From Paraphysomonas bandaiensis (lineage: Eukaryota > Protista > Chrysophyceae), in the NCBI GenBank assembly GCA_965644295.1, contig CBFFRP010000199.1, positions 434,001 to 498,000 on the forward strand: a DNA stretch of 64,000 nucleotides, written 5' to 3'. This document shows positions 21,804-33,729 of the stretch, one piece after another. Made by a program: the position numbers and the translations under genes. Within the stretch, counting starts at the first letter, position 1; each line of letters begins with the position of its first letter. The notes under the pieces are model-generated. The model saw only the letters and a program-made list of their open reading frames with translations, was not told the origin of the DNA and searched no databases.

Positions 21804-22223
21804 CCTCTACTCACTTGGAAGATATAATATTGCACAAGACCACCTTTGTGTGTTTAAATGAGGTCGAATCTCCTTTAATCTTCTGGCGGGTAGATTGAGA
21901 GTATCATCTGCATCTGCAGGCAGATATTGATACAGCAGTATATACTTCTGCAGGTGTGTCGTGACACGTGTCTCATTTGAATCTAGACACTTTCAGGAAG
22001 TGAGTGTATACCGGTATACGGTATAGTATACGTACAGAGTAGCTGGAACTATTTCGTATACATACATATACACTGCTGTATACATCGCTCACTGCCTGAC
22101 TGTATCTGCAGCTGGAGCAAGGTATGATATAAGAGTAGTATGCTATGATGTAGAGACATAACACATATTTAATTTCTTTCGAAGTACTTTATATTTGCAT
22201 ATTTCCTTCTCTATATTCTAGTA

Positions 22224-23492
22224 ATGCCCCACATGGATGAAGATGAGTTCGGCATCTCTTCTGAAATGGCAACACCTGAAGAACGCATGAATTATTATTC
22301 CCAGAAGGCGCTGCCAGAGTCTTTGTCGAAAATATCAATGCACCATGACTCCCTCGCTCGAGTTATTGAATATCTAGAGAATGAATATTTGTCTTGTAGT
22401 CCTGGAAATCAGCAAGACGTGGAAGATAAGGTAACATTATGAATCTATAGCGACTCTTTATAATCAACTATTGGACAGGCGAAAATGTACCTCACTGATG
22501 CCCTGGGCACAGTCGTGCAGAGCATCAGCACAGTCGCCAGTAAGTCATCAATTGAAATGTGTGTTGCATGTGTGTTTAAAGCTGCGTCAAACTTTCTCGG
22601 ATTGATAGTACGTGTAACTGTGTCATTGCAGCTCACCTTGAGGACTTAGTTGGACTGCAGCTAGAAGCTGTCGACGCGCTTAGTACACAAATGGCCCAAA
22701 CTAAAACGTATGAATATTAGTTACCCTTTTTTTGTTGTGTATGTATTCTGAATCTTGTGTTCCTGCAGACGTCTGCAGATGTGCAAGGAACAGCATGGCG
22801 GAGAGAGGTATGGTAAACCAAAGTTGTTTATTCTCTCAGAGTTGCTCTCTAGGCTTCTGTCCCTCCGCGACCCAGTCAGTTCTCCTCATGGAGAATATGC
22901 CAGGTCTTGTCATTGTATATATGTGGCATAAATTTTCTTATGTGACTGCACAGGGAGGTTATGGTTGGCGTGACTGAATCTGGTAACTCCTTTTTGCCTG
23001 CACCAACACCTGGAGCACGTCTGGAGTCACTGCAGACTGTGCATGTTCCCCCACCTCAAGGAACCTATACTCGGGTTCCTCTTTCTTCCAGGTATAGAGT
23101 ACATAGTAGTAATTTATGTGTTGTCCTATTTTATTGATATGGCGATTATTATTGTTTCGTTGCAGAATGAACAAATTCGACAACGTAGGAGTCTGTCTTC
23201 AGCGCGAAGAGAGGGTATCACATGACTCTATACCTCCCGTCTCTGGTGTATATGAGCGCGTTCGCCGGTCCTCTAACTCCGGGCTCAGACAGAGTCTCGC
23301 GCCTACACGAAGTACAATAAATTCTTCTATTTTATGTGTGTTTTTTTTAATAATTTTGTCGTAGTGAGTGTGAGGGAGCCTGACGCCACTCCAGATTCAA
23401 CTGAGAATGTACCGAAACCACCACCAAGACTAAGCAGTGTCGCAGGAGCACCTCCACCACCACTTAGCCGAACTTCTAACTCAGGGATGTGA
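22224..23492 (+). CDS. Abl-interactor (ABI)-like subunit of the SCAR/WAVE complex; multi-exon
   Basis: ALPESL..ISMHHDSLARVIEYLENEYL..EDK/AKMYLTDALGTVVQSISTVA/THLEDLVGLQLEAV parallels the ABI N-terminal helices. Proline-rich C-terminus PKPPPRL..APPPPL. Confidence 0.7.
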
Positions 23493-24952
23493 TTACGCGG
23501 ATATTTTGTATGGTATGTGTGATAATATATGGGACAAGTGACAATGACTTGCTGTATCATGAAGAGCTGGCACACTTAGATATTATGTCGTTAAGTCATT
23601 TTAGGCGCTTATAGTAAAGATTAGTAGTATTCATCTATATAATACGCTTTCGATCCAGTTAGGTTGTAATCATTTATAATCATTCATAATTACTTGAGTT
23701 TACTATTTACTATGATTTACTAGCCCTACATCTTCAGTATAGACGTGGATGCTATGACCCTCTCAGTATAATAGTTCGAATGCGCCGCCTATGCTAACTC
23801 TAGCTTGTATTAAATTGTATAACTGCGATTACATAGTTTCAGGAGATAGGAAATAGTAGAATGAAGCTCTACTTAGCAGAATTCGGCCAGAAAGTGTTCG
23901 ACGTAACACAATACCTGAATTATAGTAGTATGTAAAGCATTGCTGCGTCTTACTTATTATGATGAGTAAATATTTTGTCTTCTTAAATGTTTTCGTTGTA
24001 GTGTATAGTCAGTAACACGTTAGCAACGTTATATTTTTCGTCTGGACGGAATATAGTATGGGATGGCATTATGGCCAACCTGATGAAATGAAAATGTGCT
24101 CGGTATCATATGTAAGCTTTATCGATGGATCATAGATAGATGCAACGCCCTATATATTCCCTTATATCTACATACTTTTCTCGAGACACACAGTTTTATA
24201 TTTCCATTGGACTCGTGGAATAGAAGCACTAACACCTTGTGATCTGGACATATGCAATGAGTGGGTCCTTCATAGAGCTATATTTGAGTGCCTACAATCC
24301 CTTCAGCTCCGGATGCAACTCAGCGCTATGAAGAATGTGGTACTCTAGCAGATTGTATCGGATATATCTATAGGGCACATACGATCTATACAGGCAGCTG
24401 TTCGCTCCAAACGAAAGATTCACACACCCAATCAGCAGCAGTGAGATGTATACAGCAGGAGGAGGATAACTACATGTATACGGCGGTATACCGGTATACT
24501 ATCAAAAATCAAAACTGAAATGAAATTTTCCTGCTGTTCGTGTATGTGCTGCTGCTCTATGCTGTGTACCATGATGGTGTATGGGCAGGGTAGGGAAGAA
24601 AAAGAAGTGGGCAATGAAGTCACCTGACTTCTGTCTGCATGTAAAATCTGCCAAGTCCATATATAAGATATACAGTCCATAGCTAACAAGAGAATCAATG
24701 AGAACAGAAGATAAGAGTACGTGAATTGCTTCACTTCAATCGACTCACTTCGATATATTCTTAATATCATCGTCTGTGTGTTGCTGTGTACTTGAGAGGG
24801 AGTACTGAGGGCTAAGCAATTGCCGCAAGTAGTGCTGGGTGCTTGGTTCGCAGTTGTAGTGGCTGAGTGAATGCTTTCCCTGGTCTGACATACACTGATA
24901 TCGATATTGCGACAGCAGTTACCTCATACACTATACGACACCATAGGACACT

Positions 24953-26717
24953 ATGGGAAACATGTTAGGCTACGATGTTTACTCCAAGTACCCGAATACG
25001 GTGAAATGGAGACCACTTTTTGAAGCGCTGAACTTCAGTGCTAGAGATGTGGGTCGTTTGCACAGGGCGTTTGTGGACATATCGGGCACAGGTACGACCG
25101 TTATCAACCAGGACCAGCTGCTGGACTTCCTCGATGTAGATAGGAATAAATTTACTAAGCGTGTGTTCAGCATATTCGATGAGGATGGATCGGGAACGAT
25201 TGACTTTCGCGAGTTTGTGATATCTCTTTATAACTACTGCACGCTGGGTAATTCTACTTTAGGTAACACTTTGATAATATGTGCCTTAACCATACGATAA
25301 CTGATAACTTGGCAGCATTGTTTGCGTTTGATCTCTATGACCGAGATAGTAGTGGTGTGATAGACTCTACTGAAGTGGATATGATGCTAAGAGATATATA
25401 TGGGAAGCGATTTAAGAAAAATAAACACGCTCAAAGGTACACTTTTCCACTGTCATGCATTGGTTTTATAAGCTAATACTTCATAGAATCGGTGATAAAA
25501 TTGCCAGCATGAGAAATGTAGAGTTTGATAAAGATGTTTTTCGTGAATTCCTTCGCAAGCATCCGACCATGCTTTTCCCTGCCTTTGAGATTCAGAAAAA
25601 AATTAAGAAGAAGTGTCTTGGTGTAGGTTTCTGGAAGCGCTACACAGCTCGTCGAGTAGAACTGTGTAATGGGACTTATATGTCTGTCGGACAGTTAATT
25701 GACACATTAATGAATACAAAGGGGCCCAGTCGCAGTTCTCGGTTAATAAATCAATACACTTCCTCCATTAGCGAGAGCTTTCAAACACCAGACGATAGTG
25801 CAGATACTAGAGGGAAAACCAAAGGCAAGGGACGAAAGACAAAAGACGTTCATTATGTCGGTGCCACTTATCAGCGGATCTCGGATGAACCAAATTCTGG
25901 TACTGCAGGTGAGTTTGAGTATTCCATATGTGTGTAGTTTGGTGTACCTTTTTGGAATCTCGCACAATTATCCAAATGTGTTATGAACTTTTTAGATGCA
26001 GCAAATATAATTCTTACATATCTTGGTCTCTGACATTTTTGTTGGGTGTAGGGGACACCCATCGTCGCAAACCGACTAGACGTCAACTCGAACGTCAGGA
26101 AAGCTTAGACATGTTCGCGCGATCTCTTGGTCATCTGGCAGAGCGCAAATCATCTGTGGGGGCTGTTGATACTGATACGATTATTACCACAACTCCGTCA
26201 GGTGAGGCATGACAGGAAAAATATCTTTATATTTGTATATACTTTTCAATTGCACACTGTAATAAACACTTGTAATGTAGGCAACCAGGAAGAAGTAAGT
26301 AATTCACGCAGGAGGCCTAGTTTCAGTCGCGCGGAGACGCTCTCTCATGAAGGTACATACTATTATCATGTGTGGTTTATGCATGTTTCATTGTCTTGGT
26401 AATACCCCTGGTTTAACGTCAATCTAATTTTTGTCGTAGATGATAACATATCTAGCCGACGGCAGACATTCCCGCCTTCTGATGACAAGGGCCACAAAGT
26501 ACGTACGTTCGACCGCCGGGCGTCTACTGGTACAACTTCTGCTGCGGGTAATAACAAGGTCAAGCCTCCTCCTCAGCGAAAGGTTACTAGGCGGGTCGTT
26601 CGTCAGGTCAGCGTGGCATCACCGTCTGCAGCAACTGCTGCTGTTGTCATACCCGAACAAAAGAAGGCTTCGGAGCATCATCGCAGACGACTTTTTGCTC
26701 AATCGGTGTCGGTTTAA
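24953..26717 (+). CDS. Calcineurin B / NCS-like EF-hand protein with long basic low-complexity tail; multi-exon
   Basis: MGN N-terminus (possible myristoylation); RVFSIFDEDGSGTIDFREFV; FAFDLYDRDSSGVIDSTEV. GT-AG introns give a continuous frame to TAA 26715-26717. Confidence 0.8.
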
Positions 26718-27179
26718 CTTGACTGAACCATGTGTTGTGTGTGTATTATTACGCACACCTACTGATTATTACGATGCGACAGCTCGTGATTTTCTATTAT
26801 TTCAGTGGAATATTTATTGGTTTTACTGTTTGACTTCATTATAATGTTGCGGTTGGAAACACTGCATACGTTTTTATTACTTCACATGATATATGACTTA
26901 ATTGCTCGATTCAGAGTGATAAATTTTGTTTCTATTCTCTTTGTACTGGTGGGTACGTTGCAGGATCTATGAGACATGTTTTAATGCATACAAGAATTTA
27001 TTGACTTAGCTTATACCGAATTATTATGGTCACATCATAACTAAATATTGATGTAATCATTCTCTACTAACTTGAATTTGGTAAAACTGGGGAAGGGGCC
27101 CTTTTTTACTTCCTGACCCTTAGGGAGACTCTCTCCTCGATTCCCCCGTTTTTTATCTAAAGCTAGTCGCAAGCTCATT

Positions 27180-27431
27180 ATGAATCGAGAATCGAAACAT
27201 AGAAAATATTGTTTATGTATAGGTGTTGGCAGTTTGATGCGTGATTTTAAGTAAACGAATGGCCTCGTCCTCATCTTTCTCTTCATCGAGCTCACCTTCG
27301 TGTGCAATTACATCATTTATGAAAAGCGTCGCAGCTGTGCCTTTTCCGCGTGGTTGAGTTCTCCTTCCCTACCACGCTGAATTTTGACTACACTGCTCTC
27401 TCGATATCTGCATCTTGAACAATGTCCGCGG
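27180..27431 (-). pseudogene. Decayed fragment of a hAT-like transposase
   Basis: Reads ADIVQDADIERA(V)VKIQRGREGELNHAEK with a frameshift; clearly homologous at DNA level to 51882-51995. Confidence 0.6.
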
Positions 27432-27832
27432 ATATATATATCCTATTGTTAAGCTGAAATAATAGTATCGACAGTATGCAGTGATATCAAAAGATATGAT
27501 AAATTCGAAGATGTCAGGGTGGTCGTCATATACTAGCTACTTTGGCCACATCAAATACAGTGTGTTTTAAAAAGGCAAGACTCCACAACTCTACAACACG
27601 ATAACTACTTTGTTTCCTGCACAAATTCTCTTTCGTGTTTTTAAAATTGTATAGGTATTACGACAACACGAAATGCCATAAAACTTATCATACAACCAAT
27701 TCTACGTTGTAAAGAATTTCAGAGCCTACTCTTAACTCATTTTAACTTCTCAGGGCACATACTACGAAAACATGCAAGTGGGAATCCAATTAGTACTCTC
27801 CACTTCTAGACATGTCACCAATCCAATTAAAT

Positions 27833-30658
27833 CTACGGCTCAAATTTCCAGTCTGGGGGAACCGCCATTGCCCAGTTGAATTTCTCTCTCAAGGTCTTGG
27901 CAAACACCTTGTCAATCGGTACCTCGCAGCGTTTGCACCAGGCAACCGATATACGAGGGTCCATATAGTTAATCTTAGAAGTGCCCAGCGCCACTTCCTT
28001 ATTCTCATCACGATTGCGGATATCTGTCTCCATTCGACGAATATCATCGTTCCAACGTTCAATCTTTGCCGACAGAGAGCTCTCCGTGGGGGTTGTCTTT
28101 AGCATATGCTTTTCTTGGTATCTCCGCTTCTGGTCCTGCAAAAAGCAAAATATCAGACCAAAATAACGAAAACAAAAACATATGAGCTACACTCAATAAT
28201 ACTTTCACACGCTTTAGTACATATAATTCGGAACAGGCAGTAGTAATAACGAAAAAAATAAACATAATACAGATACGCACGTTCTTCTGATCAGCTTTGG
28301 CTTCTTCTAACGCTGCAGCTGCAGCTAACTTTTGCTCATTAGTTTTCGCGGTCTCTTTGGCACGCAGTGCTTGCTTTACACGCTCTGCGATGCGCTCTAC
28401 CACACTGCTGTCGTCCTTCTTTAATGGGATTTTCGAAGCTTGACCGCGCTTCGCTAAGTCCTTCCACCTGTACCAAGCCAACATCATATAACGTTATATT
28501 ATATGATCTATCTATCGCTGCATATATAATACTACAAAGCTAAATGTACCTTTCACTCACAAATTTCAACGGATGCAATGTAACAACTTACTTTATCAGC
28601 TGTCTGCGCTGAGTCTTGAGGGTTTCAAGTTTCTCATTGAGGTTTTCAAACATGGCCTCTGTGGCTTTGGATACGGTCTTCTGGTGATTACACAAGATTG
28701 CGACTTCTCTGTTTGCTGCATTGTAGCGCACAATTTTCTCCTGGATTGTGAGGCCCTCTAAGTCTTGAGCAGAAGGGAGTTCCTTTTCCAGTGTAATGGA
28801 AGCATTATAGGTACGAAATACCTTCGCGGTAAGTCCCGGCATAAGTGATGTGAGGTGCTTGTTAAGGATCGGAGGGGTCAACTTCTCGAACACATCTTGG
28901 TTGGGTGACTTCCCCGCGCAAAATGATTTCAAATTTCGAAACACTCTCTTTCCGAGAGCATCGTACTTGGCAAAATTTATTGTCTGCTTGAAAAGCATGC
29001 TGTCTTTACCCAGGAACTCTAACTCAATTTCGTGCGATCCTTCCTCGTCTTCTCCTGCAGTAGGATTCAAGAATTTGAGGTGTTCCACTCGCAAGGAGCA
29101 ACACCCGACTGTGTCTGCTTCATCCTCGCCCTTCTCGCCGCCTACACGGAGAGCAAGAACATCTATAACCCACATCGCTGTGCCAAGTTGCCTCTCGGCC
29201 AAATCCTACCGGCACAAGCATGACAAGAAATAGAGATACAATATGTACCAGCACCTTGCTTTTGATCTTTGTAGTATAATCTCGTCGAACTTTACCGATG
29301 TATTTCGAGAGTCGGATAGCTTTGTCATATTTTTCCAGGTCACTCTTTCCTTTGAATGATGAACTCGCAGCAAGCATAACATACTTGTGCTGTTGCTGTA
29401 CGTTCTCCTGCCATGCGCATAGCCAGGTAACCATGGGGTCATGCCGCACAGATGCCCAAGCATGACCAGGGAGCATACACTTTGGGGGGCATGAGTCCAA
29501 GGAGACATTAACATCCACTGACTCTGCGAAGCAGCGCCGCTTGATCATTCCGGTCAATGGGTGCTCTCCACGACCGCGGAACAGGCCTGGGGGCTCCATG
29601 TTGTAGTTCCCCATCTACAGTTTCATAGCACCATAAGAATCGATAACGATACAGTGCATTGCTCTCAAGGCTCCAAAACAGACAAAATAATTAATATGCA
29701 CGACACCAACCTTCTCCAGTCGACCGTCAATCATGGCGTACCCAAAGCGCAAGACTAGACCCTCCTTCTCCTTCTTAGCAATCGCTTTTTCTTCATCAGT
29801 AGCGGCCTTTTTCAGACTGCGCTGCATGTCCAGATGCTCTTTGATTCGACTGAAGTCACATAGTTCGAGTTTTTTAATGACATGGCCAGGTGGAAGAGAT
29901 GCTAGGAACCCATTAAAGAAATTCGCTTTGAATACAGCACTTGTTTTCGGGTTACCCAATTGAGGCCCATCCTCTGGCATAGCCGCAAAAAAAGTGGCAA
30001 TTTCCTCTTGTTCGTCGGTTAAATCTACTGGAGAACCATTGTATAGCAGAGGGACATTGTGTCTTTTGTAGGGAGGGGCGAAAAGAACGCCCGGGTGCTC
30101 CAGTTTTCTCCAATTCGCTCCGTTCGGGAGCTCTTTCGCCTCCCACCATTTGTATGCCCTCCGGGCTTCTTCAAGTCGCTCTAAGCGGGTCAATTCCTTC
30201 AAGGGACGAGATCTATCACTTGCAGTCTTTGGTTTCGATTTTTTGACCTTCTTTGCGGCTTTCTTAGTAGCGGCCCTTTTAGCAGGCATTGACCGCTTCT
30301 TACTACCGCGAGGTTCATCATCAACCTCATCATCAGTATCGGATAGATTTTCATCACTCCCCTCATCACTATCGCTGCTATTATTGCTGTCACCATCACT
30401 CGCATCGTCCTCATTGTCATCACTCTCTTCTTGTTTCTTTGGACGAACAGATGACTGTCTTGCAGTCGGTTTCTTCGCTGTTTGTCTTCTTGCCGGCGCA
30501 CTGGTTCTCTTTTTCTTAACAGGACTCATGTCGCTCTCATCATCACTATCATCATCACTATCATTGTTATTGTTATTCATCTCATCATCATCAGAGTCCT
30601 CCGCATAACTTATCCTCTTACGAACCCTTGATCGAGATCTACTGTCATCGGCATCCAT
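27833..30658 (-). CDS. TOP1: DNA topoisomerase IB; multi-exon
   Basis: [71 protein letters not shown], catalytic [11 protein letters not shown]. Confidence 0.98.
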
Positions 30659-31197
30659 GATGAAACTCACTCTGATATAATGAAGCAATGGAGTAAACAG
30701 CACAGGTGATTATGCATGTATGTATGCGATGTATAGTTTACTAGAAATATATTCAAACCGCTGCATGACTATACAGACATACATACACATACAGGTACAG
30801 CAATACAGTACATACATATCGTATACACTGCACCATACATACGACTACACTCCCACTGCTCTGGTACTGCTGCTGTATCCCTCACAGCGGTGTATAAAAC
30901 AGGGAGTTTTCCTTAAAAGCACCACTTTTCGACAACTGTAAAGCTCCACTTTCAGGTCATTGGTGTTGGTATTGAAGTTGAGCCGAGAGCAGTCCGCAGT
31001 GGTGTGTATGTATATGTGCATGTACAGCAGCATGCTGTAGTTATCATATCGAGTCAGCTCACATGTCGTAGCATCATCTAAACACACTGCACACACACAG
31101 AGAGAGAGCATCATACCACTCCTGGTGCCTGCCATAGCATAGAATATAGAATACCATCACAGTAACCACCTCTCCCATATATATCCCTATCAGCAGG

Positions 31198-32949
31198 ATG
31201 GGTTTCATCACTGCAGTGTTGTTGTATAGTTTATTTGGATGGGTGTGTGTATCATCCGCTCCTGCACCCGTTAACTCCATACCAGTTAAGGTACATACAT
31301 ACACGCATACCTCACATACACCTGTACTCATAATGCAAACAGATCACTAACGCAGCGGGGTCGCCTATTAACGTGTTCTGGATGAGTCCGGACGGCAGTC
31401 TCATTCCGCAAACAGAGAAATCGATCAAAAACGGAAACGACGCAATCATAAATTCATATAATACGCACCGCTTTCTAATCAAGTTTGCTAACGACAAGCC
31501 TCATGACGGTAGTGTGTCCTTTACGAAAGGACCCTACGATGAGACTGTTACAGTGTTCAATGAAAACAATATTCTAACAATGGAACAAGTGTCAAAATTT
31601 GATGAGTTTGAGGAAACTGTTGCAGAGAGTGTTAACAGCTGTAAGGGCAAGAGTGGAAATGCTTACAAGTCTTGTTTAGCTCGAAGTTTGTATTCGGCAA
31701 CAGAACGGGAGAGACAGAAAAGTAAAGATATTACTCAATACAGAGACCTGATGTCTGCTCGTCTGCGGAATTACACCTGCGCCGACCCGACATTGGAATC
31801 CTCCCCTCCCGCGAGTAGCGCCTCCATGATGATTCAGGGCAAAAAGTACACCGTGAATACAATGCTAGATATGAAATCTTCGAAGATTTGGACAATTGAG
31901 GAGTTTATCACTGACGAAGAGTGCGAAGTGCTAATGAATCATGGCCGACCAAGACTGACTCGGGCAACTGTAGCTGGAGAAGATGGACTCGGCACAATAT
32001 CGAATAACAGAAGAGCTCAACAAGCATCCTATAATTCTCGAGACCAGTCAGACCCCCTCTGGTAAGGAAAAATACCCGTAACTATATGTTATGTGGGCTG
32101 AAGTGTATTTGAATTTCTGTGTCTAGGAATCTCTATAACAGAGTATTTTCATTTACGAATACTGTTACAAACTACAACCTCGATCTTCCTGGCCAAGAAG
32201 GCTTCACTATAATTCAATACAACTCGGACGATGAGTACACGTAAGTCTTCATTTAATAGCATACATCCTGCAATATTTTTTCGAATGTGATATGACATGA
32301 TTATTTGTCTGTAAAATTTGTTGCTTTCGTTCCGAATACGGCATGCATATTACCCTTTGGCTTGGGTAAAGCGCCTGTTGTCTGTAGGCCTCACTGTGAT
32401 GGGTCATGTGATGGGTCCAAGCACCTGCCGAAGGGACGGGTTGCCACCGCTGTTATGTACTGTCAGGTACATCTTGTGGAAGGACATATATGTATTTCTT
32501 CTAAGGAAATAGCATATATTATCATGTGGTTTTGATGTAGCTTGTATTTTGTCATATTTGGAAACTCCCTGCCCGTCCGCATACATCCGTTTATGCCTTG
32601 TATTGACGTTCCTCAATTTTTGTTTACTTTTGTATTAATGTTTCGCCTATAGCTTCCAGAAGAGGGAGGGGGAACTTCGTTTACTAAGGCGGATATTTTC
32701 CTTAAGCCTGTCAAAGGTATGGCAACTGTGTTTGCTTACAAGGGTACAGATGGCTACATGGACACCGGGTTTACTGAGCATAGCGGCTGCCCTGTACTGA
32801 AGGGAGAGAAGTGGATCACTACGGTGTGGATGCGAGACGGGGTGGACAATGATCATACTTGGGAGCGATATGATCCTAGTGGAGAAGCTGACCCTGTTGC
32901 ACGAAATCCACGGAAGAAGGTTCAGGAACAAGAAGTGCATGCTACTTAG
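31198..32949 (+). CDS. Secretory prolyl 4-hydroxylase with N-terminal VHL-beta-like domain; multi-exon
   Basis: Signal peptide from ATG 31198; IEEFITDEECEVL; PHCD (HxD), RVATAVMY, EGGGTSF, TEHSGCPVLKGEKWITTVWMR. Confidence 0.9.
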
Positions 32950-33729
32950 TTACCGATGTGTATCGAAGTCAATGGTTGAATTCTTATCTTGACGAATGTT
33001 TCAATGCTTGTCCAAATGTGAGAACGTTCTGTGCCTACTGTCGCATGTGGTGCATATGTGTAGTAATAACAATGCGCGCTATATAGTATATTCTGAAAAA
33101 CAATATATGGTATTTCAGGGCAGAAAGTCCGGACTTCGTTTTCACTCACCGAGATCATTACTTCATGTACGTTCAAATCTGCTCTGTGATGTGATACATA
33201 TTTAAAAACAGTCCTCTCCTTCTCTCTCCTCTTTTCGTATTGTATATTGTGCAATTGGTGAAACCAGCCCGTAGAAGTAAAAAGGGTAGATTTAGTTAAA
33301 ACAGAGAGTAGTAAGTTCAATTGCTGATGTACGTAAGTCTATATAAGATTATAGATGTGAGATTATCATCGAGCAGATGACACAATCTACGTTATTATAC
33401 ATATCTTCAAAAAGCAACTCATCTTTTATCACTGAGAATGTTAGTGTGTTGAGGAAACGCTAATTACTAATTATAGTACTGGCTGACCATTCTTTGTTAT
33501 TGGATGGTTTTTACATCTATTATTAACCTTAATCGACACCTATCGTTAGATGCATGCATATGTAAAACAATTTTGAATAAAATAATCTACTAAACGGTTA
33601 ATTGTATACCTTCGGTGGTATAAGTGACAACAACAGGTGAGGTAAAATGCACTACGATTGTTTCATTACAATAACATTAAAATAGCTCTACATACATCAT
33701 AGATATGCATTTTTTAAGTGCATAAAAAA

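Noticed and set aside
24075-24120. CTGATGA-aat-GAAA minimal hammerhead-like string
   Set aside because: Stem III does not end in the required U-H and no stem I forms.
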